A stretch of 62,001 nucleotides of DNA from Candidatus Dojkabacteria bacterium. Its GTDB lineage: Bacteria > Patescibacteriota > Dojkabacteria > J137. A program made the translations under genes and the position numbers. The stretch spans positions 1 to 62,001 of the forward strand of contig JBDTVZ010000004.1 of the NCBI GenBank assembly GCA_040006935.1. The letters are read 5' to 3'. Of the stretch, positions 53,567 through 62,001 are shown piece by piece (within the stretch, counting starts at the first letter, position 1; each line of letters opens with the position of its first letter). The notes under the pieces are model-generated. The model had not been told where the DNA came from. It was given only the letters and a program-made list of their open reading frames with translations, and searched no databases.

Positions 53567-54370
53567 ATGGTAAATCCAGAATTGTATAAAATAGGACAAA
53601 AAATAAGAAACTTTAGAATCAGAGCTGGGCTTAGCCAGCTGGAACTGGAAATAAAAATGGGAGCTGCACCCAGTAGTTTGAGTAGAATTGAGAATGGAGA
53701 GGTGAATCCAAGTAAGGAGACGCTATCCAAAATCTCTAGTGCACTTAATCTGAATGCAATTGAGATTGCTAGTCTTCAAAACTTAGAAATTTTTACCCCT
53801 GAAGAAGTAATGAATGCGATTAGCATTTTCACAAAGTCTCTAGATATCGATGAGATTATAACTAACGTAGTTGATATTCTGTTTCAACTTTATCCTAAAT
53901 ATAATGGAGGAGTCATTCTTCTAACCGATGACAATAATAAGAATATTTTAAGATCTAGAGCAGTTTCCAATATGCCAAACATTGCAAAAGTATATGAATT
54001 ATTGGGTGGTGGAGTTGATCAATATTTTTTTAAGTTAAATGAATCCAATCCTGATTTAGGCCTAATTGTAAAAACCTTTTTAACAGGTGAGAAATACACT
54101 AGTAATCTCCTAAGAGATTTCTCTAAAGGAACAATGCCAGATTACATACCGGACATTATTTCAAAAATGCTAGGGTTTGGAATTGGTATTTCAGTACCAA
54201 TTGACATAGAAGGAGAAAGAATAGGAATAATGCTTTACACAAAAAGTACAAATGAACCATTTAGTGAATACGAACAAAAGATATTGGATCTTTTAACAAA
54301 ACAGATAGGAATAGCTGTGATGAATGGGAAAAAGTTTAAAGAGTTAAAATCAAAAAGAAACAGTGAGTGA
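53567..54370 (+). CDS. XRE-family HTH transcriptional regulator with C-terminal GAF-like domain
   Basis: HTH_3 signature IRNFRIRAGLSQLELEIKMG...LSRIENGEVNPS, followed by a ~170-aa sensor-like domain. Confidence 0.6.
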   Translation: MVNPELYKIGQKIRNFRIRAGLSQLELEIKMGAAPSSLSRIENGEVNPSKETLSKISSALNLNAIEIASLQNLEIFTPEEVMNAISIFTKSLDIDEIITNVVDILFQLYPKYNGGVILLTDDNNKNILRSRAVSNMPNIAKVYELLGGGVDQYFFKLNESNPDLGLIVKTFLTGEKYTSNLLRDFSKGTMPDYIPDIISKMLGFGIGISVPIDIEGERIGIMLYTKSTNEPFSEYEQKILDLLTKQIGIAVMNGKKFKELKSKRNSE

Positions 54371-54430
54371 GGTAACTACTAGTTGCATAACCTACAATAT
54401 TAGATAATAATATCCTTAGCAATATTCGTT

Positions 54431-55312
54431 GTGATTTTTAAAATTAAAATGATCAATAGTATAAAAAAAGAAATAAATATTTTCTGGAGATTTATTAGAA
54501 GTGATATTTGGGCAACAATAATTCCAGGGCTTATAATGACTTCTATTGCATTGATACATTTTCATATTGACCTCAAAGTCTCAATTATAATACTATTTCA
54601 GTCACTGATCTATTTTACGTTGTACGAATACAGCTTTGTACTAACAAACCAATTGGGTAGTATTGAAGAGGATAGTATCAATAAACCTTTTCGACCGCTA
54701 CCTCAGAAATTAGTAACAAGAAATCAAACTTTACAACGAAGTCTTCTTGTATCGCTAATATTTTTAATAGTAGGATTTTTATTAGGAATTTTGCCATGGG
54801 CTATTCTATGGGTATCGGTATCTTTATTTCATAATATTTGGGGGCATAGGCATTGGTTAACAAAAAATGTAATTTCGATGAGTTTAGGCATACTTTCAAT
54901 TATTGGTGCTGCCTGGGAATTGGTAATGCCGCTTGAACCTAGTGTACTGAAATGGGGTATCGTAATATCTACAATACTGGGATTCTGTGCAGTCATGCAA
55001 GATTTTAGAGACGTGAGTGGTGATAGATTGTCAAAAAGAAAAACATTACCAATCGATCTAGGGGATTATAAGGCTAGGATTGTCAGCTTCTTTATAAGTG
55101 TAACTTCATTTATTGTTTTTTATATTTTCATAATTTATCCTTCAAGGGACAATGATTTAACTAGAGTGTTTTCATTAGTTATTTTCTTTCTTTTTCTATT
55201 TATTCCAACCAGGCTATTGATATATAGAGACCCCAAAAGTGATCATATAACTTATACTATACTGTTATACTTATTTAATTTATTATTGTTAAGTGGATTA
55301 GTATACCTATAA
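54431..55312 (+). CDS. UbiA-family prenyltransferase (divergent first Asp-rich motif; start GTG 54431 or ATG 54449)
   Basis: Eight or nine TM helices; NQLGSIEEDSINKPFRPLP; second motif DFRDVSGDRLSKRKTLP (DxxDxxxD). Confidence 0.7.
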   Translation: MIFKIKMINSIKKEINIFWRFIRSDIWATIIPGLIMTSIALIHFHIDLKVSIIILFQSLIYFTLYEYSFVLTNQLGSIEEDSINKPFRPLPQKLVTRNQTLQRSLLVSLIFLIVGFLLGILPWAILWVSVSLFHNIWGHRHWLTKNVISMSLGILSIIGAAWELVMPLEPSVLKWGIVISTILGFCAVMQDFRDVSGDRLSKRKTLPIDLGDYKARIVSFFISVTSFIVFYIFIIYPSRDNDLTRVFSLVIFFLFLFIPTRLLIYRDPKSDHITYTILLYLFNLLLLSGLVYL

Positions 55313-55321
55313 AATTAATTT

Positions 55322-57340
55322 ATGTTCGGATTATTTTCAAAAAAAACTACTGATATTGCAATTCTTCAAAAAGAAGTTGATGAGTTGAATGCAAGATTAA
55401 ATGCTGTTGCAGAGGTAAATAAGTCCCTTGTAGGAGTAATAAATAAGCAAAATGTTTTCGACCTAATTACAAAGAAGCTAGCGTCCACAGTTAAAATGAA
55501 CTTTCCTTCTATTTGGATTTATGATGTTAATAAATCAACGATCACTTTAACAAGTCACTCTATTCCTGATTCTATAAAGATTATTGCAGAAACGGCGATT
55601 GGAAAGAAAATTGAAGATCTTTCCTTTTATAAGGGAAATCCTGAGGAAGGAGATAGTACTTATTTTAAAGTAATAGAAACGGGGAAACCGATTTTTAGCA
55701 AGGACCTTTATCAACATACAAGGCCTTTTTTAAGTCAGAATATTGCGAAAATTCTTGAAGTAGCTTCCGGAATGAAATTGGCAGTGTCAGTACCAATTAT
55801 TGTTGAAGATAAACCAATAGGAATTTTAAGTGCAATATGGCAGGATGAAGTCTTATCAAAAGAGGACGAAATAACTCTATATACTTTTGCAAATCAAATT
55901 TCTACCGCTATTTATAATGCACAATTGTTTGAACAGGTTGGGAATCAGGTAAATAGTTTAGAGATAAAAAACAAGGACCTTCAATCTCTCTACAACCTAA
56001 CATCAAAAATTTCTCAATCTCTCGATCCTACAACGGTTGCTCAAACTGCTGTAAATTCTCTTCCACAAGATAAATTTCTAATCGGAGCTGCTCTTAACGA
56101 ATATCTTCCAAAAGAAAATGCAATGGGAATTGTTGCATTTACAGAAAACTCAATGGCATACGAAGTTGTTAAAGCAATGGGTGGTGAACCTGGTAAATAT
56201 AAAACATCATTGGATGCACCTGGAGCTGAATTTAATATCGTAATGAAAGCATTCAAACAAGCAATGCCAAACTTTAGTAATAATTTAGATGATTTATTAT
56301 TACCTACAATTCCAAAACCTGTAGCAGCAATAATTAAAGGTCTACTTCCTGTAAAGTCTATTGCAACTTTCCCACTTAAAGTTAGAAATAAAGCTATCGG
56401 AACGATTACTTATTTATTAAGGGATAAAACAGTAGAGCAATTATTAGAAGGCGAAAAACAACTCTTAGAAACTTACACTTTACATATTGCAATTGCTTTG
56501 GAAAATGCAGAATTGTACAAACAGCAGCAAATCATTCAAGCTAATTTAGAAACAGCTTTAACTGAAGTCCAGGCATTAAGACAACACGAACAGGATATGA
56601 TTGATATAATGGGGCATGAGCTTAGAACTCCAATCAGCATCGTCAGAAATGCATTAGGAATGTTAGAACTGGAATTAAAAAATACAGGTGAAATTAAAAA
56701 AGAAAACCTTGGGAAATTTTTAGGTATTTCAATGGAGTCTGCACGTAGAGAGGTTAGATTGGTTGAAACGTTACTTTCATCTGCAAAAGCAGATAGTAGA
56801 GGATTTCAATTATTATTTGAAAAAGTAGATTTCTTGGACGTAATCAATGACTCCTTAGAATTCTTTGCTCGGGAAGCAGAGAAAAAAGGACTCCAAATTA
56901 AATATACAAGACCAAGTGAGGAATATTTAGTTTATGCAGATAGAACTAGAATTCAAGAAGTAATGGATAATTTTTTGAGTAACGCGGTTAAATACACAGA
57001 GAAAGGTTACATTAAAATTACTCCACGAAAAGAAGGTGACTTTGCTTGGATTGATGTGAGTGATACAGGAATTGGAATGAGTGAAAAGGATCTAAAGAGT
57101 ATTGGCCAAAAATTTTATAGAGTAGATCAATATATGGACAGTGAGTTAACGGGTTCAGAAAAACCGAATATTATTAGACCAGGAGGAACAGGATTAGGTT
57201 TGTATGTAACTTTCAGTTTAATAAAAGTTATGGATGGTAAAGTTGAAGTAAAAAGTCAAATTGGTGTAGGGACTACATTCTCATTTTGCATGCCTTTGTT
57301 TAAAGGACAAGAGTCTAAGCAAGAGCAACGAAAGCCGTAA
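55322..57340 (+). CDS. Soluble GAF-GAF sensor histidine kinase
   Basis: H-box MGHELRTPIS, N-box FLSNAVKYT, G1 DTGIGM, G2 GGTGLGL. No TM helix and no adjacent response regulator. Confidence 0.8.
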   Translation: MFGLFSKKTTDIAILQKEVDELNARLNAVAEVNKSLVGVINKQNVFDLITKKLASTVKMNFPSIWIYDVNKSTITLTSHSIPDSIKIIAETAIGKKIEDLSFYKGNPEEGDSTYFKVIETGKPIFSKDLYQHTRPFLSQNIAKILEVASGMKLAVSVPIIVEDKPIGILSAIWQDEVLSKEDEITLYTFANQISTAIYNAQLFEQVGNQVNSLEIKNKDLQSLYNLTSKISQSLDPTTVAQTAVNSLPQDKFLIGAALNEYLPKENAMGIVAFTENSMAYEVVKAMGGEPGKYKTSLDAPGAEFNIVMKAFKQAMPNFSNNLDDLLLPTIPKPVAAIIKGLLPVKSIATFPLKVRNKAIGTITYLLRDKTVEQLLEGEKQLLETYTLHIAIALENAELYKQQQIIQANLETALTEVQALRQHEQDMIDIMGHELRTPISIVRNALGMLELELKNTGEIKKENLGKFLGISMESARREVRLVETLLSSAKADSRGFQLLFEKVDFLDVINDSLEFFAREAEKKGLQIKYTRPSEEYLVYADRTRIQEVMDNFLSNAVKYTEKGYIKITPRKEGDFAWIDVSDTGIGMSEKDLKSIGQKFYRVDQYMDSELTGSEKPNIIRPGGTGLGLYVTFSLIKVMDGKVEVKSQIGVGTTFSFCMPLFKGQESKQEQRKP

Positions 57341-57473
57341 AATCTCTAAAAATATCAAATTTCCCTTATTTTCTCCCCAAATTTGTATTGCGGTACAATG
57401 TTATTTCTAAAATAGTAAGTTAGAATCTATTTGTCATGACACATATGTGCCTGACTTAGACAAGGAGGCTACT

Positions 57474-57548
57474 ATGCCTGACCCAGGTAAAAGCGGCGGT
57501 GGAAGCAAAAAAGGTGGCGGTCCATCAGGCGGCGGAAGACCAAAGTAG
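57474..57548 (+). CDS. Candidate 24-aa Gly/Lys-rich peptide (MPDPGKSGGGSKKGGGPSGGGRPK)
   Basis: Perfect AGGAGG at 57463-57468, 5 nt upstream of the ATG. The GC-rich hairpin ggggtgtca-gaat-tgacacccc at 57561-57582 follows the stop. Too short for the ORF track. Confidence 0.4.
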   Translation: MPDPGKSGGGSKKGGGPSGGGRPK

Positions 57549-57560
57549 GTAAGTAATTCA

Positions 57561-57582
57561 GGGGTGTCAGAATTGACACCCC
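57561..57582 (+). terminator. GC-rich hairpin after the small ORF (no T-run)
   Basis: 9-bp perfect stem with a 4-nt loop. Lacking a U-tract, its terminator function is uncertain. Confidence 0.35.
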
Positions 57583-57642
57583 AAACACCTCTATTATTAG
57601 TAAAAGTTAATTGTTAATATAAAAGTAAATTTAATTAGTGAT

Positions 57643-58893
57643 ATGCAAATAAATAACCAAGAAATTTCTCAAGAACCAATAAATTTATGGTTAAACTATT
57701 TTATAAAATACTATAAATTCAGCTCTATCTCTATCGGTATTGTTGATAAGAAAAATAGGTATACTTTTTCATATGGTTATTACGATCAGGAGAATAAACT
57801 AGAAGCGAACGAATCAAGTAATTACTTAATTGCTTCTCTCTCTAAAATTTATACCGCAATTGAAGTATTAAAATTAATGGAACAGAAGAAATTAGCTTTC
57901 CAAGATCCAGTAATTAAGTATATTCCTGAATTCATTGATAAAACAGTTACTATAAAAGATTTGTTAGTACATACAGCAGGACTTCCTAGAGATGGGGATT
58001 TTAATTTTTGGTTGGATAAAAATTCCCCTACAGAAGAAGAATTAATTAAACATTTGAAAAAGATTAAGATTATTAATAAGGGCACATACAAATATTCAAA
58101 TCTTGGGTATGCAATTTTGGGCTTAATATTAGAACTGAATAGTGTTCAAATATCTCAGAAAAAAATCTCAGATTTTAAAAGTTACAATAAGTGGGTTTTT
58201 GATAAAAGAAATGAAAATATTTTTATAGATTTAAAATCATTTACTCCATCCTTCGGCCTATATAAGAATATTGTAGAAATGACTGAATTAATACAAAAGC
58301 TATTAAATAAAGATCAAAGCTTATTATCAAAAGAAAACTTTAATGAAATGTTTAAAGTACATTTAAAAATTAAGGGTGAAAATGAAGATGATATTGCAAT
58401 CCCATGGGAAAAATGGAAAGGTCATAATATCTACGAATTTAGCGGTTTGGGTTTCGGATCTGCTTCTTCGATATTAATTGATTTTGATAAAGATATTTCA
58501 TACACAGTTCTAATTAATTGCTCGCAAGAATCAAACGGTTTTTATTTTGTGAGAGCGTTGAGAAACTATATTAACTATTGTTTAGAAAATAAGATTAAAA
58601 TCGATTGGAGTTCAAAACTAAATGGTTTATACAGAAATGATGATTCTGACATTATGATTTTTGACTGTGGTGATAAAATATTTACTATAAACCCAGAAGA
58701 CACTACACCATTTCATCCTGATTACTTGAGTGAATATTCTAAAATTGATGAGTTTAAATATAGTATCTTAAGAAAAGAAGAAGGTTATCTAAATGAATTT
58801 GCAACTTTTGAGGTAGATAATAAAGAAAAGGCAACCTTATTCAAACTTGGTGGTTGGGGTTACAGAAAAGTTGAATTTGATAGTATAATCTAA
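57643..58893 (+). CDS. Serine hydrolase of the beta-lactamase / class C PBP-like family
   Basis: S-x-x-K (ASLSKIYT) and Y-x-N (YKYSNLGY) motifs, 416 aa. Confidence 0.7.
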   Translation: MQINNQEISQEPINLWLNYFIKYYKFSSISIGIVDKKNRYTFSYGYYDQENKLEANESSNYLIASLSKIYTAIEVLKLMEQKKLAFQDPVIKYIPEFIDKTVTIKDLLVHTAGLPRDGDFNFWLDKNSPTEEELIKHLKKIKIINKGTYKYSNLGYAILGLILELNSVQISQKKISDFKSYNKWVFDKRNENIFIDLKSFTPSFGLYKNIVEMTELIQKLLNKDQSLLSKENFNEMFKVHLKIKGENEDDIAIPWEKWKGHNIYEFSGLGFGSASSILIDFDKDISYTVLINCSQESNGFYFVRALRNYINYCLENKIKIDWSSKLNGLYRNDDSDIMIFDCGDKIFTINPEDTTPFHPDYLSEYSKIDEFKYSILRKEEGYLNEFATFEVDNKEKATLFKLGGWGYRKVEFDSII

Positions 58894-58913
58894 AAACTAT
58901 TATCTTCTTCCTT

Positions 58914-59504
58914 ATGAACAATATCGAGCTCGAGTATCGTAGTGAGATTGAATTCTCTCAATTTGATCAATTCGAAAAAAAATTTAATCAAATAGCTAAA
59001 TTAAAGTCACATGCAAAAAGATTGTCATTTATGGCTTTCGGAGATGGAATAGATATTAGAGTGAGGATAACAAATGGAAAATCTGAGGTTGTTGTTAAAA
59101 AAGGTGATTGGCATGCAGAAAATAGAATTGAAATATCTCAAGATATTGAAAATGATCAGTTTGTAGGATTTGTGAAAATCTTTAGTGCAATGATAAAAAA
59201 TTGCAATATTGGTGAAAGAGAAAATTTTGTTTTTGAAAATAATGATGGCGTAACAATAACCTTAGTTAAGTCTAAACGACTTGCATATGTTGAGTTTGAA
59301 TTAATATCTAGGGATGAAAATATAGAGACGAATAAGAAGATAATATTAGATTTAATGAAAAGTCTTAATTTAGAAATTCTAGATAAAAAAGGTTTTGATG
59401 ATTTATGTGATCGATTGAAGGTAAATGATGATTGGAAATTTAACTTAGAGGAAGATAAAGTTTCAAAATTGGAAGGTTTACTTTCTGAATACTCTAAACT
59501 TTAA
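58914..59504 (+). CDS. CYTH-like domain protein (second paralogue in the window)
   Basis: NNIELEYRSEIE (ExExK-type with R), IDIRVRI, AYVEFEL. This parallels the 21979 ORF. Confidence 0.5.
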   Translation: MNNIELEYRSEIEFSQFDQFEKKFNQIAKLKSHAKRLSFMAFGDGIDIRVRITNGKSEVVVKKGDWHAENRIEISQDIENDQFVGFVKIFSAMIKNCNIGERENFVFENNDGVTITLVKSKRLAYVEFELISRDENIETNKKIILDLMKSLNLEILDKKGFDDLCDRLKVNDDWKFNLEEDKVSKLEGLLSEYSKL

Positions 59505-59527
59505 TATATTTTCATAACCTATATTTT

Positions 59528-60127
59528 ATGCCTGAATACCTACATTATAGTAATGAGGATAATAAAGAGCTCAATATAATTATTCCAGGTAGTTCTGTCG
59601 GTTTCGAAAAAGGTTTTATCAAAAAAATATTTGATAAATTTATAGAAGATAAAAAATCAGCAATAACATTTAATCATCCTTTTTTTACAAGAGGAGATGA
59701 AAGTTGGTCTGGCGAAGAATTATTAGAAGAGCAGAATGCTTTGGAAGAAGTTATGCAAGAAGTAGATTTAGAAAATTTTTCTAAAATAAATTTTATCGGT
59801 AAGTCATTAGGTGCAATTGTCTTATCAATGTTTTTAAGAAAAAATCCCCAATTATTTAATAAATCAACTTTTACAGTGCTAGGATTTGTTAAAGGAAGCC
59901 TGGATTTAAAAAAGATAAATGTAAAAACTCTTATTGTTCAAGGAGAGAATGATAAGTTTGGTAAGTTAGAAGAAATTAAAAAAGATCTCAATAAATTATC
60001 AAAATACATTGAATTTGTTGAAATAAAAGGAGCAGATCACAGCTATAGAGATGAAAGTAAGCAACCTATTTATGAAGAGGAAGCAATTAAACTCTTATTT
60101 AACTTTCTTAATCAATCCAATCCATAG
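59528..60127 (+). CDS. Alpha/beta hydrolase (small dienelactone-hydrolase/KANL3-like)
   Basis: Nucleophile elbow GKSLGA, QGENDKFG, and GADHSY supplying the His. Confidence 0.6.
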   Translation: MPEYLHYSNEDNKELNIIIPGSSVGFEKGFIKKIFDKFIEDKKSAITFNHPFFTRGDESWSGEELLEEQNALEEVMQEVDLENFSKINFIGKSLGAIVLSMFLRKNPQLFNKSTFTVLGFVKGSLDLKKINVKTLIVQGENDKFGKLEEIKKDLNKLSKYIEFVEIKGADHSYRDESKQPIYEEEAIKLLFNFLNQSNP

Positions 60128-60695
60128 CATAAAGCTCAGGCCATTCTTTTGAGTACCTCTCAACTTTCTTTTGATACACATCTTTTGTAATTAAAGTTTG
60201 ATTTGCCCTTAATGTCATTGATAGTAAATCTTCTAATCCAAATGGTGCGTATATTTCTAAGTTATCATTTTTAAGCCTTACTCCAATTGCAGTAGCTGTT
60301 GTGGGCCAGGTATCAATTGCATCTTCAGATGATTGATATTGAGGAATATCTTCCCCAAATTTACTTTTATACCAGAGGTGAACTCTAGCTTTGTTTTTAG
60401 CATCAATGTTTAATCCTGGTAGTAATTCTTTTAATTTAGATCCAATTTCTTTTTCTTTCTCTTCGCTTAAATCAGAGTCATCATAATAAATAATGTCAAA
60501 ATCTTTAATTCCTTCCGCAGGAATTCGACTAGTTAAGTGATTCCAGATAGTTTGTGGAATGCAGCCAGCACCTAAATAAGGTTGAGGGAGGTTTAATGAG
60601 TTGAGAGCTTTTAAAACTCTTCGGATTTCAACACTGGATAAAAGAATTTCGGATATTAACTTTTCCTGGTCAATTCTATCTCGAGGAATTTCCAT
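60108..60695 (-). CDS. Nucleotidyltransferase family protein (NTP_transf_6/DUF925-like)
   Basis: YLGAGCIPQTIWNHL...DFDIIYYDD...KNKARVHLWY...TWPTTATAIGVRL...APFGLEDLL. Confidence 0.5.
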   Translation of the reverse strand: MEIPRDRIDQEKLISEILLSSVEIRRVLKALNSLNLPQPYLGAGCIPQTIWNHLTSRIPAEGIKDFDIIYYDDSDLSEEKEKEIGSKLKELLPGLNIDAKNKARVHLWYKSKFGEDIPQYQSSEDAIDTWPTTATAIGVRLKNDNLEIYAPFGLEDLLSMTLRANQTLITKDVYQKKVERYSKEWPELYAMDWID

Positions 60696-60697
60696 AA

Positions 60698-61213
60698 TTA
60701 GAAACTAAACAACACAACAGTGACGGCATTGCTTACGTTTATACTTGCACCTTTTCCGTACATTGGAATCACAACGGAGTTTTCACACTTTGCTAATGTT
60801 GCTCTATTAATTCCATAAACTTCGCTTCCACCTATAAAACAAATTTTATCTTTATCTTTCAAATAGTCAGCTAGATCACTTACTAGTATAGATTTATCTG
60901 TAAGTTCTATTGGTAATATTTCAAAACCTTGTTTCTGTAGGCTATTTATGACTTCGATTGAGGATTCTTTTTGAATCCATTCTACAGATTGTTCCTTACT
61001 CCTAGATACTTGTCTCAATTCTTTTCCAAAGGGAGGGTGGTGTGAAATTCCAGTGAGGTAGATTCTCTTAACTCCAGCTGCATCTGCAGTTCTAAACATA
61101 CTAGCTACATTACGTGCATATTGTATATTTTCTAAAATCAAAACAATTTCCTTATCTCTTTTATAAAGTTTCGAAAACTCTTTTTTAATCTCTTTTTTTC
61201 TAAGTTGTCTCAT
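60698..61213 (-). CDS. SpoU/TrmH-family RNA 2'-O-methyltransferase
   Basis: ARNVASMFRTADAAGV, IGGSEVYGI, and the knot motif IPMYGKGASINVSNAVTVVLF. Confidence 0.8.
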   Translation of the reverse strand: MRQLRKKEIKKEFSKLYKRDKEIVLILENIQYARNVASMFRTADAAGVKRIYLTGISHHPPFGKELRQVSRSKEQSVEWIQKESSIEVINSLQKQGFEILPIELTDKSILVSDLADYLKDKDKICFIGGSEVYGINRATLAKCENSVVIPMYGKGASINVSNAVTVVLFSF

Positions 61214-61275
61214 TTTGTTATATTTGAATTATTCTTATTGTATAATAACATATTAGCTAGAATTGACCTAAGCTC

Positions 61276-61929
61276 ATGAAAACTTTCATTAAAATTATAA
61301 TTTCACTAATCTTACTAATAGTATTCATTTTAGGCTGTTTTGTTTTAACGCTATTAACTTTTACTGGAATAATTTTTAATTCGTATCAGGTTTTTACAGA
61401 TAAAAAAGAAGTCGCAGAACTTACAATTAGTGAAGCTAAATCAGATGTTTTTGGTGAATACGCAGATGTTACAGTTACACCTATCAACAATGAATCCACT
61501 GCACTCACTTGGATTCTACTTAATAATAAATCCGAAACAAAAGTGAACCTTCCAGTGAAGAGTTTTAAAGTATACGGTGATTTTGTGTTTATTGGTGGCC
61601 CAATTGTTAAATTCAACGATGGACTCGCACTTATTAATTTTAAAACAATATATAAGCTAGCTTCTCTTTCCGGTGAGTATAAATTTGATTTAGTTAAAGA
61701 AAAGAATCGACCAAACCAGGCTTTTTCTAAATTTCAGTTCGATGGCGGTTATGATGATTGGAAGCCAGTATTTAATAATTGGAAGCAACCTGGTATACTT
61801 GGAGACATATATAGGAACCTTATTCAGACAACCGAAGATCAGGAAGTAGGAACAGACATAACAAATACGGAGTTGAAATATATCGTATATATAACTAATA
61901 GTGGTTTCCAAATAGAGCAAGCTAGGTAA
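61276..61929 (+). CDS. Membrane-anchored hypothetical protein
   Basis: 217-aa ORF with an N-terminal TM. tRNA-Cys follows 1 nt downstream. Confidence 0.4.
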   Translation: MKTFIKIIISLILLIVFILGCFVLTLLTFTGIIFNSYQVFTDKKEVAELTISEAKSDVFGEYADVTVTPINNESTALTWILLNNKSETKVNLPVKSFKVYGDFVFIGGPIVKFNDGLALINFKTIYKLASLSGEYKFDLVKEKNRPNQAFSKFQFDGGYDDWKPVFNNWKQPGILGDIYRNLIQTTEDQEVGTDITNTELKYIVYITNSGFQIEQAR

Positions 61930-61930
61930 T

Positions 61931-62001
61931 GGTGTTGTAGCCAAGTGGTAAGGCAGGAGTCTGCAAAACTCTCACCGCGAGTTCGATTCTCGCCAACACC
62001 T
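61931..62001 (+). tRNA. tRNA-Cys (anticodon GCA)
   Basis: Manual cloverleaf: acceptor ggtgttg/caacacc, anticodon arm ggagt-ctGCAaa-actct, T arm gcgag-ttcgatt-ctcgc, discriminator U. It ends at the window edge. Confidence 0.85.

Overview
This is a 62-kb, AT-rich, tightly packed bacterial chromosome fragment. I call about 57 protein genes, 3 tRNAs (Gly-CCC, Gln-UUG, Cys-GCA), one T-box leader, and no rRNA, CRISPR, transposase or integrase. TGA is used as a stop codon, so the standard code 11 applies. Almost no start codon has a Shine-Dalgarno motif, while several promoters are near-consensus TTGxxx-17/18-TATAAT. Two of those promoters sit in leaderless geometry.

Housekeeping genes include a class B PBP, murG, trhO, a yhaM-like RNase, aspS (lacking the GAD insertion), proS, pgk, a polyprenyl synthase and a UbiA prenyltransferase. 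Also present are a SpoU methylase, a LysM-M23 peptidase, LemA, a GldA/F/G-like ABC system, two CYTH proteins and two soluble PAS/GAF histidine kinases with no response regulator. An unusually large share of the window encodes secreted or membrane-anchored surface proteins. Taken together, the content and style suggest a small-genome monoderm, plausibly Patescibacteria/CPR. That assignment is inference only.

The most system-like region is a six-gene co-directional locus at 7.3-15.4 kb:
- Three paralogous Ig-like proteins, each with a C-terminal membrane anchor.
- A Thr/Ala-rich subunit-like protein with its own promoter and terminator.
- An 817-aa protein that joins a roughly 7.5-blade repeat propeller to a copy of that subunit module.
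- A protein with 21 cysteines ending in a VirB2/TrbC-like two-helix pilin tail.

I interpret this locus as a candidate undescribed surface-fibre or adhesion system.

Other items worth a second look:
- A T-box with a very short Stem I upstream of a hypothetical-ureohydrolase-proS operon.
- A promoter-driven 124-nt structured RNA fused upstream of tRNA-Gly.
- A 25-nt duplication of the tRNA-Gln 5' end.
- A 24-aa Gly/Lys peptide gene carrying the only perfect SD in the window.
- Two families of GC-rich intergenic repeats.
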